Assembly: GCA_044356455.1 (NCBI GenBank)
Contig: JBIKWF010000006.1
Coordinates: 4,477-68,476 of the forward strand
Direction: 5' to 3'
DNA length: 64,000 nt
Source: Bdellovibrionota bacterium
GTDB taxonomy: Bacteria > Bdellovibrionota_C > UBA2361 > JBGSMV01
Part shown: piece by piece, positions 1 to 9,195 of the stretch
Layout: every line of letters starts with the position of its first letter
How positions within the stretch are numbered: position 1 is the first letter of the stretch
Translations under genes and position numbers: made by a program
Notes under the pieces: generated by a model
What the model was told of the DNA's origin: nothing
Seen by the model: the letters and a program-made list of their open reading frames with translations, nothing else
The model's database searches: none

Positions 1-682
1 CCTTACGAATCGCGCCATAGAGATCGCGCTCCAACCCCTGCGAAATAGCGACGACACCCGAACCTGGGCGTGAAGAGTTTGAATCTCCTTGGCCGCCGCC
101 AGGGGCATCCAGATAGAGCTGCACTTTAATCTGATCGGCGGAGATACCAGGCAGACCTTGAGCGAGCATTGATCGCACGTCTTCCTCTCGCACCGTGCTC
201 CCCTGCCGTACTCGCACAATTCCAGAAACTCCCGCCTGGGCTGCCCCTCCAAAGAGCTCAGACGAGGCTGAATTAAGCCGCACCACCACACGCGCCTGAC
301 TTATTCCAGGGTGATTCTGAAGGGCTTCCTCAAGCTCCGCGGCAAGCGCTCTATCAATACGTAGCGCTTCTACCTCACGAGAATCAGGCATGAGACCACG
401 CTGCGCCACCATCTCGCCAAAGGAACTGCGCGGCGCCGAAGGAAGCCCTAGCTCATGAAGCAAGGCCATGCCTTCAGAGTAGGAAGAGCGGCGTACCTCG
501 ACACGGTACTTCCCTCTCCCTCCGGTCTCCTTCTCTACCACGGCGCTAATTCCGCGGCTCACGAGCTCCGCAACAATCTCCCCTGCTTGGTCCTGCGTGA
601 GATCGTCGCGCAGCGTCACTGTGTTGCACCCACAAAGTGCAAGACACAGGAGAACAATCAGGAGGTAACGCAGAATTCGCAT
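1..682 (-). CDS. sctJ: T3SS inner-membrane ring lipoprotein SctJ/YscJ/EscJ/PrgK family; start ATG at 682, C-terminal end runs off the window start
   Basis: Manual reverse-complement translation gives MRILRYLLIVLLCLALCGC (lipobox) ... GEIVAELVSRGISA ... ELEEALQNHPGISQARVVVRLN, which matches the YscJ family pattern block for block. No stop occurs before position 1, which is why it is absent from the ORF track. Confidence 0.6.
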   Translation of the reverse strand, partial: MRILRYLLIVLLCLALCGCNTVTLRDDLTQDQAGEIVAELVSRGISAVVEKETGGRGKYRVEVRRSSYSEGMALLHELGLPSAPRSSFGEMVAQRGLMPDSREVEALRIDRALAAELEEALQNHPGISQARVVVRLNSASSELFGGAAQAGVSGIVRVRQGSTVREEDVRSMLAQGLPGISADQIKVQLYLDAPGGGQGDSNSSRPGSGVVAISQGLERDLYGAIRK

Positions 683-708
683 CGGGATATCCGTTTCCCT
701 TTTTACGG

Positions 709-2163
709 TTATTTAGCTCCAGGAGCCGTAATGAGGCATACCATAAACTCAATTTCACCAAGGCGCAGCCAGTCACCATGCTCAATCTTCACCGCGTCGG
801 TAACGCGCTGGAAACCTTCTTGTCCCTTGCGCTTAACCCACACGCCGCGATCGCTCATCAAGTCCTGAACTCTGAGCCCCTCTCCTACACCCACTGCGAC
901 GAGGGCATGAGGCGTCGAGATGGAAGGGTCATCCAGGACCACGTCATGCGGCTTTAAAGGCGAGCCAGTGAAGAAAAAGCGTCCCTCACGAAGCTCTGAG
1001 GCAGTCCCTCGAGGATCCGAGTAGCTTACAAGCCAACCAACAAGTCGGCCGGTATGCGCTTGAGCAAACTCAACATTGCCCTGGGATTCACGTCCCTGAC
1101 GCTGATCCCCTTGGCGCTGCTCACGAGGATGCTGTTCACGAGAGTGCTGTTCGCGGGCCTCGGGCCTGCGAGCGCCCTGAGAGGCAGCTGAAACTTGAGG
1201 AGAAGCGGTTGAGCGATCCGGTCGCTGATCGCCGCGAGCCTGTTGACCACGGCCTTCCTCTTGGCGAGAGGAGCTCTGCTGTGGAGATCTTCCCTGCTCG
1301 GAACGACCCTGCTCTTGGCGACTCTGTTCTTGGCGACCCTGCTCGGGTCGTCGCTGATCTTGGCGAGTCTCGGAGCGAGCGGCGCCTCCCGAGGGCGCAC
1401 TATTTCCACGGCTCTGCCGATCACGAGAAGCATTTTCACGCGGGCTTGGAACCTGAGTCCAACCACTTTCTTCACCCGCGGCACTTCCCGCTTTTGGCTC
1501 CTCTTCACGACCACGCCCGCTTCCGAACGAAAGGTTCGAAGGCTTGTTGGCCTTGCGCGGACCTGTCTCAATAATTACTCGAGGCTGAGCTTCCGCACTG
1601 CGCGGCTCCGTTGCTTTGGCCTCTGGAGCTACCGCAGTTGGTTCACGAGGCTTTTCAGCCGCGAGCGGCCGAGCCTCTTCGGCATGCGACGCGGAAGTAC
1701 CGTTACCCGCAGGCTCCTCAGCATCAATTTCTTGAATATAGGCACTGAGAGGATCATCATCTCGCTCTGACGCACTGGAAGAAGCAGCGCCAGAAAAGAG
1801 ACCTGCCTCCGCCCCAGACGAGTCGGCCACAGGAGACTCAGCCGCAGAAGCTGCCTCAAGCAGGGGTTCCGTAGCACCCAACCCCTCAGACTCCGCCGAT
1901 GCCTCAAGAGCACTTGCGCCCGTCTCGCCCGCCATCTCTTGGCGAATAAGACCGGCTGCTGCTGAAAGATCGCTACCTGAAACTGAGGTGGTTCTTTGCC
2001 GCACTCGTCCGCTCTTGGGAGAATCACGCGGCGGTTCGTCAACCTTCTGCGCAGCGGCATCAAGAGTCGCCCCGCACATACGGCAACGAGTAGAAACAGC
2101 CGGGACAAGACTACGGCACGCTGGGCAACGAACAAATGTTAATTCAGTGCTATCGGTTGACAT
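709..2163 (-). CDS. Protein with N-terminal zinc ribbon (CPACRSL...CRMCG), long disordered R/Q/E/S-rich repeat region and C-terminal FHA-like domain
   Basis: ORF track 484 aa. The Cys4 ribbon at the N-terminus, the QEQSRQEQGRSEQGRS-type repeats and the FHA-like C-terminus (GRFFFTGSPLKPHDVVLDD...) were read directly. Nested ORFs in other frames are judged spurious. Confidence 0.5.
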   Translation of the reverse strand: MSTDSTELTFVRCPACRSLVPAVSTRCRMCGATLDAAAQKVDEPPRDSPKSGRVRQRTTSVSGSDLSAAAGLIRQEMAGETGASALEASAESEGLGATEPLLEAASAAESPVADSSGAEAGLFSGAASSSASERDDDPLSAYIQEIDAEEPAGNGTSASHAEEARPLAAEKPREPTAVAPEAKATEPRSAEAQPRVIIETGPRKANKPSNLSFGSGRGREEEPKAGSAAGEESGWTQVPSPRENASRDRQSRGNSAPSGGAARSETRQDQRRPEQGRQEQSRQEQGRSEQGRSPQQSSSRQEEGRGQQARGDQRPDRSTASPQVSAASQGARRPEAREQHSREQHPREQRQGDQRQGRESQGNVEFAQAHTGRLVGWLVSYSDPRGTASELREGRFFFTGSPLKPHDVVLDDPSISTPHALVAVGVGEGLRVQDLMSDRGVWVKRKGQEGFQRVTDAVKIEHGDWLRLGEIEFMVCLITAPGAK

Positions 2164-2311
2164 AACGTCACTCCACCATTTCCTAAAAAAACCTTCTCTA
2201 CATAGGCACTAGAAGGCTTTGCTTCTTTTGCCTACAAACCTATTGCTTCTCAGATCCCTACTCAACTTGAACTTCTTACTACCTCGGGGAGACTCAAAAT
2301 CCCTCTTTCCT

Positions 2312-3655
2312 CTACCGCACCATTCCCCAAATCAAACTAAACAGCACCCCCGTTAAGACCGCAAATATGGCAAACATAAGGACCGCAATGAGGCGCCCCA
2401 CCACGGTAAGATTGCTGTAGTATTCAACCATGTACCCACCAAAGGACCCCTTACTTTCTGAGTCTTCAGGGGGGCGAATTCTACGAGCGCTTGACCCCTC
2501 ATACTTACGCTCCCCAGGTGCCTCAGCGCTTTTGACCGCCCTCTCCCCTGCGGGAGGAGGTTGAAAGGTGAAAAGCGCGCCGGAAGAGGCTGCGAACTCG
2601 CGCTCCTGAGACTCGTTGAAGCAAATTGCCACCGTCACTCCGCCACCGAAGTCGAATACACGCGGCGAGCCTGTAATCTGCATAATCTCGCCTTTGCGCA
2701 GGACACCCTGCTCATGTCCGGTTCCGTTGGTGCTCGTATCTTGAACGGTGAGAGCTCCCGTCTTGGACATGGCGATAGTGCAATGTCGGCGCGATACGTG
2801 AGGAGCTCCTAACCACATGTCACATCCAGGATCACGGCCCACCACGAGTGACATACCAGGAGCGAGTGCCAGACGTGCGGGACGCGCCACCTCTGAGGCT
2901 GAAGTAACTGCCGGATAGCGCCGCTCTGCTGAGGGGGAGCGTTTCGCTGGATCGCTTGTCGGGGTGATCGCCTGCTCAAGCTGCTCATGCGCAGCAACTC
3001 CAATCAGAGTTACCTCGCGCCCCAGAATAATGGGAGTGCCAGGCTGCACATTCATGCGGCCCGATATCTGCTGATGATTGACGAATGTTCCGTTCGTAGA
3101 TCCGAGGTCTTCAATCCAAAATTCTCCGCCCTCGTACCCAAGGCGCGCATGCTTCGCCGAGATATCTGCATTGTCGAGCCGGAGCGGGCACTGTTTTGAA
3201 CGGCCAATAAAGAGAGGTTGATCCGGAACGAAAGATACCACCATCGGAGGGGCCCCGCGTACGACTACGGCAGGAAACACAGGCCCTACGGAGCTGCACG
3301 ATTGCCGCAAGACTCGCACTCCTGCACGATCCGGAGGTTCTGTTTCGCGAAGGAGCAGATCAAAATCGAGCGCAGTTACATGCAAGCGCACCGAACCAAG
3401 ATCAATATCGGCTTCACCATCATAGGTGCCCTCAAGTACTGCAGGAAGCGTGGACTCATCGCCTGAGGAAGTTGGCTTGCAACGAAATTTGCGCCCGAGA
3501 TCGCGCACGAGCCGCAATTGGCAGCCGATCGCCTTCAGGTCCTCAACCACGACATGTGCGTAGTCAGAGGAACCCACCACCCCTTGCGGTCGGCGAATGA
3601 AGATCATCTCAGGCTGAGAGACTCCATCTTGGAAGCTAATCTCTAAGGCGAACAT
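2312..3655 (-). CDS. Multi-FHA-domain protein with C-terminal transmembrane anchor
   Basis: 447 aa. Two clear FHA cores (PLFIGRSKQCPLRLDNADISAKHARL...STNGTFVN and SLVVGRDPGCDMWLGAPHVSRRHCTI...STNGT) are followed by a hydrophobic C-terminal helix (LIAVLMFAIFAVLTGVLFSLIWG). Confidence 0.6.
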   Translation of the reverse strand: MFALEISFQDGVSQPEMIFIRRPQGVVGSSDYAHVVVEDLKAIGCQLRLVRDLGRKFRCKPTSSGDESTLPAVLEGTYDGEADIDLGSVRLHVTALDFDLLLRETEPPDRAGVRVLRQSCSSVGPVFPAVVVRGAPPMVVSFVPDQPLFIGRSKQCPLRLDNADISAKHARLGYEGGEFWIEDLGSTNGTFVNHQQISGRMNVQPGTPIILGREVTLIGVAAHEQLEQAITPTSDPAKRSPSAERRYPAVTSASEVARPARLALAPGMSLVVGRDPGCDMWLGAPHVSRRHCTIAMSKTGALTVQDTSTNGTGHEQGVLRKGEIMQITGSPRVFDFGGGVTVAICFNESQEREFAASSGALFTFQPPPAGERAVKSAEAPGERKYEGSSARRIRPPEDSESKGSFGGYMVEYYSNLTVVGRLIAVLMFAIFAVLTGVLFSLIWGMVR

Positions 3656-3961
3656 TAACCCTCGGTCGAACTAAACCTTCGCAAACTTATCGTGTCGACT
3701 CTATCTATCGGACGAAAACCAATAAAACTACTTCCTTGACCATATTTTAGAGTGAAAAGAAAAAATTCCGATCCACGTATTTACTAAGACACCACGTTTC
3801 AGTAACGCCGTTTCACTAAGTTTGGCATCGCAAATAGAATCCTATCATCGTACATAGTGAATAGAACTGCAGCCCCAAGCGAAGATACTGCATTTGGCAA
3901 ATGTGTTCACGCAGCACAGCTTGTCTTGGGTGGCTTGCCTGTTGCTTTGAGGAGCATCCCT

Positions 3962-4324
3962 GTGTCCAAAAAAATCTTAATTATCGACGACGATGTAACC
4001 GCCCTCGATATTGTTGACTTTCTCTTTGAGGACCAGGGCTTTGAAGTCGTACGCCGTGCGGACGGATTTGCGGCTCTCGAGTGCATTGAGAAGGAGCGCC
4101 CCGACGCGGTGCTGGTTGACTTGATGATGCCCCGCATGAACGGACAAGAGACCGTACGCCATATTCGCGGCAAAGGTATCAAGGTTCCTATTGTTGCGTT
4201 TACCGCCCTGGATGATCCAGAAGTCCACAAAGAAGCACGCGAAGCTGGGTGTGATCTCGTGCTCACCAAGCCCTGCAAACCTGCCGTTCTCGTGAAGCAT
4301 ATCGAAGAGTTACTTGCGCAGTAA
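3962..4324 (+). CDS. Single-domain response regulator (CheY-like receiver)
   Basis: KKILIIDDD...DAVLVDLMMPRMNG...KVPIVAFTA receiver motifs. GTG at 3962 is preceded by GAGGAG at a 7-nt spacing. The track ORF extends to a GTG at 3857 with no RBS. Confidence 0.6.
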   Translation: MSKKILIIDDDVTALDIVDFLFEDQGFEVVRRADGFAALECIEKERPDAVLVDLMMPRMNGQETVRHIRGKGIKVPIVAFTALDDPEVHKEAREAGCDLVLTKPCKPAVLVKHIEELLAQ

Positions 4325-4338
4325 CGCGCTGACTAATG

Positions 4339-4478
4339 CCGAGGGAACCCGTTAAAAACCCCCATTCTTAATAAACCTCTGCGTACCTCCGCGTCCTCTG
4401 TGGTGAATTTCTACATTAAAATTTCACCACAAAGGACACAGAGGTAAACAGAGGTGAATTCTTCAAAGATTCCCTAAG
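4339..4478. repeat. Nested-palindrome MITE-like intergenic element, copy 1 (degenerate left end)
   Basis: Core cctctgtggtgaatttctacattaaaatttcaccacaaagg flanked by ...ctctg / cagagg... arms, ending in tccctaag. It lies between the convergent genes at 4324 and 4474. Confidence 0.7.
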
Positions 4479-4794
4479 CTTCAAAGCGCAGGAAGAGCGC
4501 ACCGACGTTAACCTCATCTCCTTCTTTCAAAGCGAGAGGCTTGCCGCGCTCCACGCGTACAGTTCGATTGAGAAAGGTACCATTGAGGCTACCGAGGTCT
4601 TCCACCGTAACAGCATTTCCCGACACTCGAATCATTGCGTGTTTGCGAGAAATTTTCGCCTCTGTATCTTCCGCTTCGAGATCTATCTCTGGAAATGCCG
4701 CATCCTCGGGGTCCCAGCGACCTATCAGGTTGGTGCCTTCAACGAGTTCAAATTCCCTTCCCTTGGCACTCCCGTTCATAAGAACCAATCGCAT
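4474..4794 (-). CDS. Small FHA-domain protein
   Basis: MRLVLMNGSAKGREFELVEGTNLIGR...ISRKHAMIRVSGNAVTVEDLGSLNGTFLN. ATG at 4794 is preceded by GGAGGA. The track ORF is longer (to 4908). Confidence 0.65.
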   Translation of the reverse strand: MRLVLMNGSAKGREFELVEGTNLIGRWDPEDAAFPEIDLEAEDTEAKISRKHAMIRVSGNAVTVEDLGSLNGTFLNRTVRVERGKPLALKEGDEVNVGALFLRFEA

Positions 4795-5640
4795 GAATTC
4801 CTCCAGTAGAACGGCATTATATAAATAATCGCCTCTTCCACCTAAGATTCGACACAATGCGGCAGAGACTATAGAGGAACTGAACCGAACCGGCGCGCTC
4901 AGAATCAAATAAGAAGGGGGAAAGTTAGGCTACCGCTGGTGAGCCAGGGGCCGCAAAGGCACCTCTCCTAGAATTTTACAACGCTTATGTGCTAGGATTT
5001 GTTATAAATTTACGTCCTCTGGTGGATTGCTTGGCTCAGAAAAGCGCTCTCCTCTGTAGGACCATTTTTAATGATTTACATTTTTACTGGGTCTGCGCGT
5101 AACCTTCTGCCTGAACTTTTTGGTCAGCCGCTTGGTTCCGCAAGACTTCTTTAGGCCACATCAGAAGCGACTGTTTCTGAGCTGGGCCGGACGTTTGATT
5201 TGTAAGGGATAGTGCATCGTGTCGATGCCCACTAAAAACTTAAGAGCCTTAAAGGCACCATCTTCCCAAAGGGAGACGGTGAGTGAGAGCGCTCCTGCGT
5301 TTGAATCTTCTCATGGGTCCTCTTTAACGAGGAACCTGGGACGAATCGTGGGCGAAATTATCTGCCAAACTAGTAGCGGTACTCAGAATCACCTGGCTCG
5401 CACGCAAGATTCACGAGTGCTCATAGTTAGCAGGGACGCGCGTTGCCTTACTTCCCTTACACGCAGCTCTCGCCCTGCGCGAGAACAAGCAGTTCCCTCT
5501 TTCGATGTCCCACCAAGGCATCCAAAGTCGCAACTCTTTAATCATTCGCGTCCGATACTGCCCATGAGCATGCGTTCACGCAGCATGCTGAGCTCAGCTT
5601 CACGCGCCTCTGAGTGGTCCAATCGTGGAGGAAAATCTCG

Positions 5641-7299
5641 ATGGATCGCCGCATGCTCATTAACGCCGTGCACTCTGAGGAGTGCCGGATTGCCATTGTC
5701 GAAGACAATGCTCTCGTAGAACTCGAAATCGAGTCAAACCTTGGGAAGAAGCTCAAGGGGAACATCTATAAAGCTAAAATTTCGCGCGTAGAGCCGAGTC
5801 TCCAAGCCGCCTTCATTGATATCGGCACCTCGCGTAACGGCTTTCTGCAGATTAACGATATCCATCCCTCATTCTTCAGGAATGCGCGGGGTGGACGTGG
5901 GGGCGCCTCTCAGGGCGGCCGACCTCGCATTCAAGAGGTCCTAGAGCCAGGGCAAGAGATTATCGTTCAAGTGGTAAAGGAAGAGCGTGAGATGAAGGGC
6001 GCAACCCTTACCACGTACCTTTCACTTCCGGGACGCTATGTGGTGATTATGCCCGGCAGCGACCGCGGCGGAATTTCCCGCAAGATTAGCGATGGAGACC
6101 AGCGCAAGCGCCTTAAAAGTCTGGCGCAAGAACTCGAGATGCCCCTCGGGATTGGCATGATCGTAAGAACTGCCGGACTCGATCGGTCCCTCAGCGAGCT
6201 CTCACGCGATGTCTCCCTGCAGCTCAAAGTGTGGGAGCGCATTGTGAACGATGCTCAGAAGGCGCGCACTCCCACCTGCCTCTACGAAGAGAGTGACTTA
6301 GCAACCCGCGTCATTCGCGATTACTTCACGCCTGAAGTGCGTGAAATTCTCATCGACGATCCAGACACGTTTGAGCGAGTGAAAGAGTTCGTGGGCCAAG
6401 TAATGCCGCGCTACCGCTCCCGCGTGAAGCTTTACAACGACGAACGCCCCCTGCTCTCCTACTTCAATGTCGAAGACCAAGTCACCGACACGATGAAGCG
6501 TGAGGTTAAGCTTAAATCTGGCGGCGCAATTGTCATTGATACCATTGAGGCCCTCGTCGCGGTCGATGTGAACTCCGGTAAAGCCACTGGCGCCGAGAAC
6601 ATTGAAGAAACCGCCTACCGCACCAACATGGAAGCCGCGGATGAAATTGCGCGGCAACTTCGCCTCCGCGACCTTGGTGGTCTGATTGTAGTCGACTTTA
6701 TCGATATGATGGACCGGCGTCACAAGGCCGCCATCGAGCGCAAAATTCGCGAGGCGGTCAAGAACGACAAAGCTCGTATTGAGATTGGTCGTCTCTCTCG
6801 TTTTGGCTTGCTTGAAATGTCACGCCAAAGGCTAAGAGCCTCACTCAGCAGCCAAAGCCATCTTAAGTGCTCACACTGCCAAGGGATTGGACACGTTCGA
6901 AACCCTGAGCTTGTCGCGCTTGAGATTCTAAGAAAAATCCAATCTGCAGTTTCCGCGGGACACCTCGCGCTGGTAAAGGCGCGCATGGCACCCGTGGCTG
7001 CGATGTTCATTCTCAATAATAAAAAGACTGAGCTGGTGAAGCTTGAACAAGCGCACCAAATGCGAATCTATATACTCGCCGACGGACGCATGAGCCCTGA
7101 CGAATACGAGTTCGAGATAGAGGCTGCCGCAAAATCGGCGGAGATAACGCACGAAGCGCCGCCACCACCACTCCCCGCGGATGAGGACGGAGGCTCTTCC
7201 GAAGAGTCAGAAACTCCTGTGGCGGCGAGCGCCCCGAGCAGCGGGACTGCAGAGGCGGCGCCGCGCTCAACGCAAAGCTCTGAGCCTCAAGACTCGTAA
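5641..7299 (+). CDS. Rne/Rng-family endoribonuclease (RNase E/G) with short acidic/Pro-rich C-terminal tail
   Basis: MDRRMLINA...S1 domain...DVNSGKATG catalytic region. ATG 5641 has GGAGG 10 nt upstream. A roughly 730-bp leader lies upstream. Confidence 0.8.
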   Translation: MDRRMLINAVHSEECRIAIVEDNALVELEIESNLGKKLKGNIYKAKISRVEPSLQAAFIDIGTSRNGFLQINDIHPSFFRNARGGRGGASQGGRPRIQEVLEPGQEIIVQVVKEEREMKGATLTTYLSLPGRYVVIMPGSDRGGISRKISDGDQRKRLKSLAQELEMPLGIGMIVRTAGLDRSLSELSRDVSLQLKVWERIVNDAQKARTPTCLYEESDLATRVIRDYFTPEVREILIDDPDTFERVKEFVGQVMPRYRSRVKLYNDERPLLSYFNVEDQVTDTMKREVKLKSGGAIVIDTIEALVAVDVNSGKATGAENIEETAYRTNMEAADEIARQLRLRDLGGLIVVDFIDMMDRRHKAAIERKIREAVKNDKARIEIGRLSRFGLLEMSRQRLRASLSSQSHLKCSHCQGIGHVRNPELVALEILRKIQSAVSAGHLALVKARMAPVAAMFILNNKKTELVKLEQAHQMRIYILADGRMSPDEYEFEIEAAAKSAEITHEAPPPPLPADEDGGSSEESETPVAASAPSSGTAEAAPRSTQSSEPQDS

Positions 7300-7330
7300 T
7301 CGGTTATTGCAGGAAATCTTTAGGCAGAAT

Positions 7331-7930
7331 TTAGAGAGAAGAGCGCTGCGTCGTAGGCCGACTTGCGCGATTGCCTTGCTCGGCAGCAATCCGGGCAAAG
7401 CGCTCTCCAATCTCAGCGATCAAAGCATCGCTCAGCGGTGCTGCAATCAGCACCTGAAGGCGAATTCGACCAAACGGACCGAGCTTATCCACCTCTCCAC
7501 GAGAAGTGCCCATCACGAGCGCATCCTTTTGTTCATCGGAAAGGGCCGCGGTGAAAGCCGCAGAGCGCCTCCCGGCAATGGGGAGTATGCAGGGCCAGAC
7601 TCGTTCTTTCGTAGAGCCCTCCAGGCACAGCGGCGCCCCCTCCCGCATCGGGAGCAGCTTGTCTGCGAATCGAAAATCAGCGTGAAGAGTTGCGATTTCA
7701 GCATCCATACGTGTGGCAAGTGACTCTAGAACTGGAATCACCGAGGCGCGCCACCATCCTGCTCGCGAGGCATCAGAGCCATCACTGGTGCGGGGATAAA
7801 CATCTCCCGCTGCTATGGAACACCACTCCCCTTTCGCGGTGTAACTCACATGTGAACTCACAAACCCCTCCCTCGGCGCCACGAATATAGAAAGAAGAGC
7901 CAGCGTAGTAAGAAAGATTCGATTCCGCAC
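7331..7930 (-). CDS. Hypothetical secreted protein (signal-peptide-like N-terminus); start uncertain
   Basis: The track ORF 7331..8077 begins inside the MITE copy, giving a repeat-encoded N-terminus (STTEGSEVHRG). A signal-like segment RNRIFLTTLALLSIFVAP suggests the start is near 7930, but the GTG there has poor spacing to its RBS. Confidence 0.35.
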   Translation of the reverse strand: MRNRIFLTTLALLSIFVAPREGFVSSHVSYTAKGEWCSIAAGDVYPRTSDGSDASRAGWWRASVIPVLESLATRMDAEIATLHADFRFADKLLPMREGAPLCLEGSTKERVWPCILPIAGRRSAAFTAALSDEQKDALVMGTSRGEVDKLGPFGRIRLQVLIAAPLSDALIAEIGERFARIAAEQGNRASRPTTQRSSL

Positions 7931-7980
7931 ACTCCCTCTATACTTCTGCCTTGCCGGTGGAAAAAAGCAGCGATCCCCAA

Positions 7981-8122
7981 CTAGGGAACCTCTGAAAAAC
8001 TCACCTCTGTGTACCTCTGAGCCCTCTGTGGTAGAATTTTCATGAAGAAATTCACCACAGAGGACACGGAGGTACACAGAGGTGTCTTCAGAATGAAGGT
8101 TTTTCAGAGGTGCCTTCCCTAG
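7981..8122. repeat. Nested-palindrome MITE-like element, copy 2 (best preserved)
   Basis: ctagggaacctctgaaaaac...cctctgtggtagaattttcatgaagaaattcaccacagagg...gtttttcagaggtgccttccctag. Perfect outer TIRs. The mreB stop lies in its right end. Confidence 0.8.
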
Positions 8123-9195
8123 CCGGCAATGCAGAGAACTCGCATCTCTTTGAGGCTCTCGAGAATTTTCCCCACCCCTCGCACCACGCAGCTTAAAGGA
8201 TCGTGAGCGCGGTGAAACCGGATATGAGTCTCTTGCTCAAGGCGCTGGGCCAGCCCTTTAAGAAGCGAGCCGCCTCCTGCCAAGTAAATCCCACGTGCGG
8301 CAATATCATGCGCCACTTCGGGTCCCGTCTGCTCGAGTGCGGTATGAACAGAGGCGATAATTGCAGAGATAGGCTCTTCAAGCGCTTCGCGTACGAAATG
8401 ATCGTTTATCTCCAAACTCTTGGGTCGCCCGGTCTGAAGATCTCGACCAAACACCGTCGCGGAGCGTGCCTGCCCGAAAGGAGCTGCAGATCCGATAAGG
8501 AGCTTCACCCTCTCAGCTTCAAAAATCCCAACTTGGAGCCCCAGAGATCGCTGAAGATGGCGCTGAATAGCTTCGTCCATCTCATCCCCTGCCACTCGTA
8601 TCGAGTGTGAATAGAGCGTAGAATTCATGCTAATCACCGCCACGTCGGTGGTGCCGCCGCCGATATCGACAACCATGTTGCCGAAAGGCTTATCAACCGG
8701 AAGATCAAGGCCAAGGGCTGCCGCCATCGGCTCCTCCACGAGATGCACTTCGCCGCATCCCGAGGCAAGGGCCGCATCAATTACGGCGCGCTTTTCAACC
8801 TGGGTAATCTCGGGCGGTACTCCTATTACGATGCGAGGTCTTCTGATTGACCAGCCATGTTGCACCTGTGCAAGCATGTGCTTGATCATAAGCGTGGTGA
8901 TTGCAAAATCGGCAATTACCCCGTCCTTCATGGGACGTACGCAACGAACTGCCTGAGAAGTTTTCCCAAACATACGCTTCGCATCAACACCCACGGCCAG
9001 CGGCTTACCAGAATGCTCTTCGATAGCGACCATGGAGGGCTCATTCACCACCACCCCATAACCACGCAGATAAATGAGCGTATTTGCTGTCCCAAGATCC
9101 ATGGCGAGATCGCTCGCGGACCAGAGCGAACGAATGCGCTGCAATATGCCTGCATCTTGCAGACCTGCAGGAAGACTAAGCCCTACGGTAGCCAT
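8119..9195 (-). CDS. mreB: Rod-shape actin homologue MreB
   Basis: DLGTANTLIY...VVDIGGGTTDVAV... typical MreB/actin-fold motifs. 358 aa. Confidence 0.85.
   Translation of the reverse strand: MATVGLSLPAGLQDAGILQRIRSLWSASDLAMDLGTANTLIYLRGYGVVVNEPSMVAIEEHSGKPLAVGVDAKRMFGKTSQAVRCVRPMKDGVIADFAITTLMIKHMLAQVQHGWSIRRPRIVIGVPPEITQVEKRAVIDAALASGCGEVHLVEEPMAAALGLDLPVDKPFGNMVVDIGGGTTDVAVISMNSTLYSHSIRVAGDEMDEAIQRHLQRSLGLQVGIFEAERVKLLIGSAAPFGQARSATVFGRDLQTGRPKSLEINDHFVREALEEPISAIIASVHTALEQTGPEVAHDIAARGIYLAGGGSLLKGLAQRLEQETHIRFHRAHDPLSCVVRGVGKILESLKEMRVLCIAG

Noticed and set aside
1026-2135. Nested ORFs (1026-1571 -, 1243-1770 +, 1629-2135 -) inside the 709-2163 gene
   Set aside because: They are artefacts of GC-rich low-complexity repeats. 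Only the 484-aa frame carries the zinc ribbon and the FHA domain.
5219-5719. 166-aa ORF overlapping the rne start
   Set aside because: It lies in the RNase E leader in another frame and has no RBS or motif.
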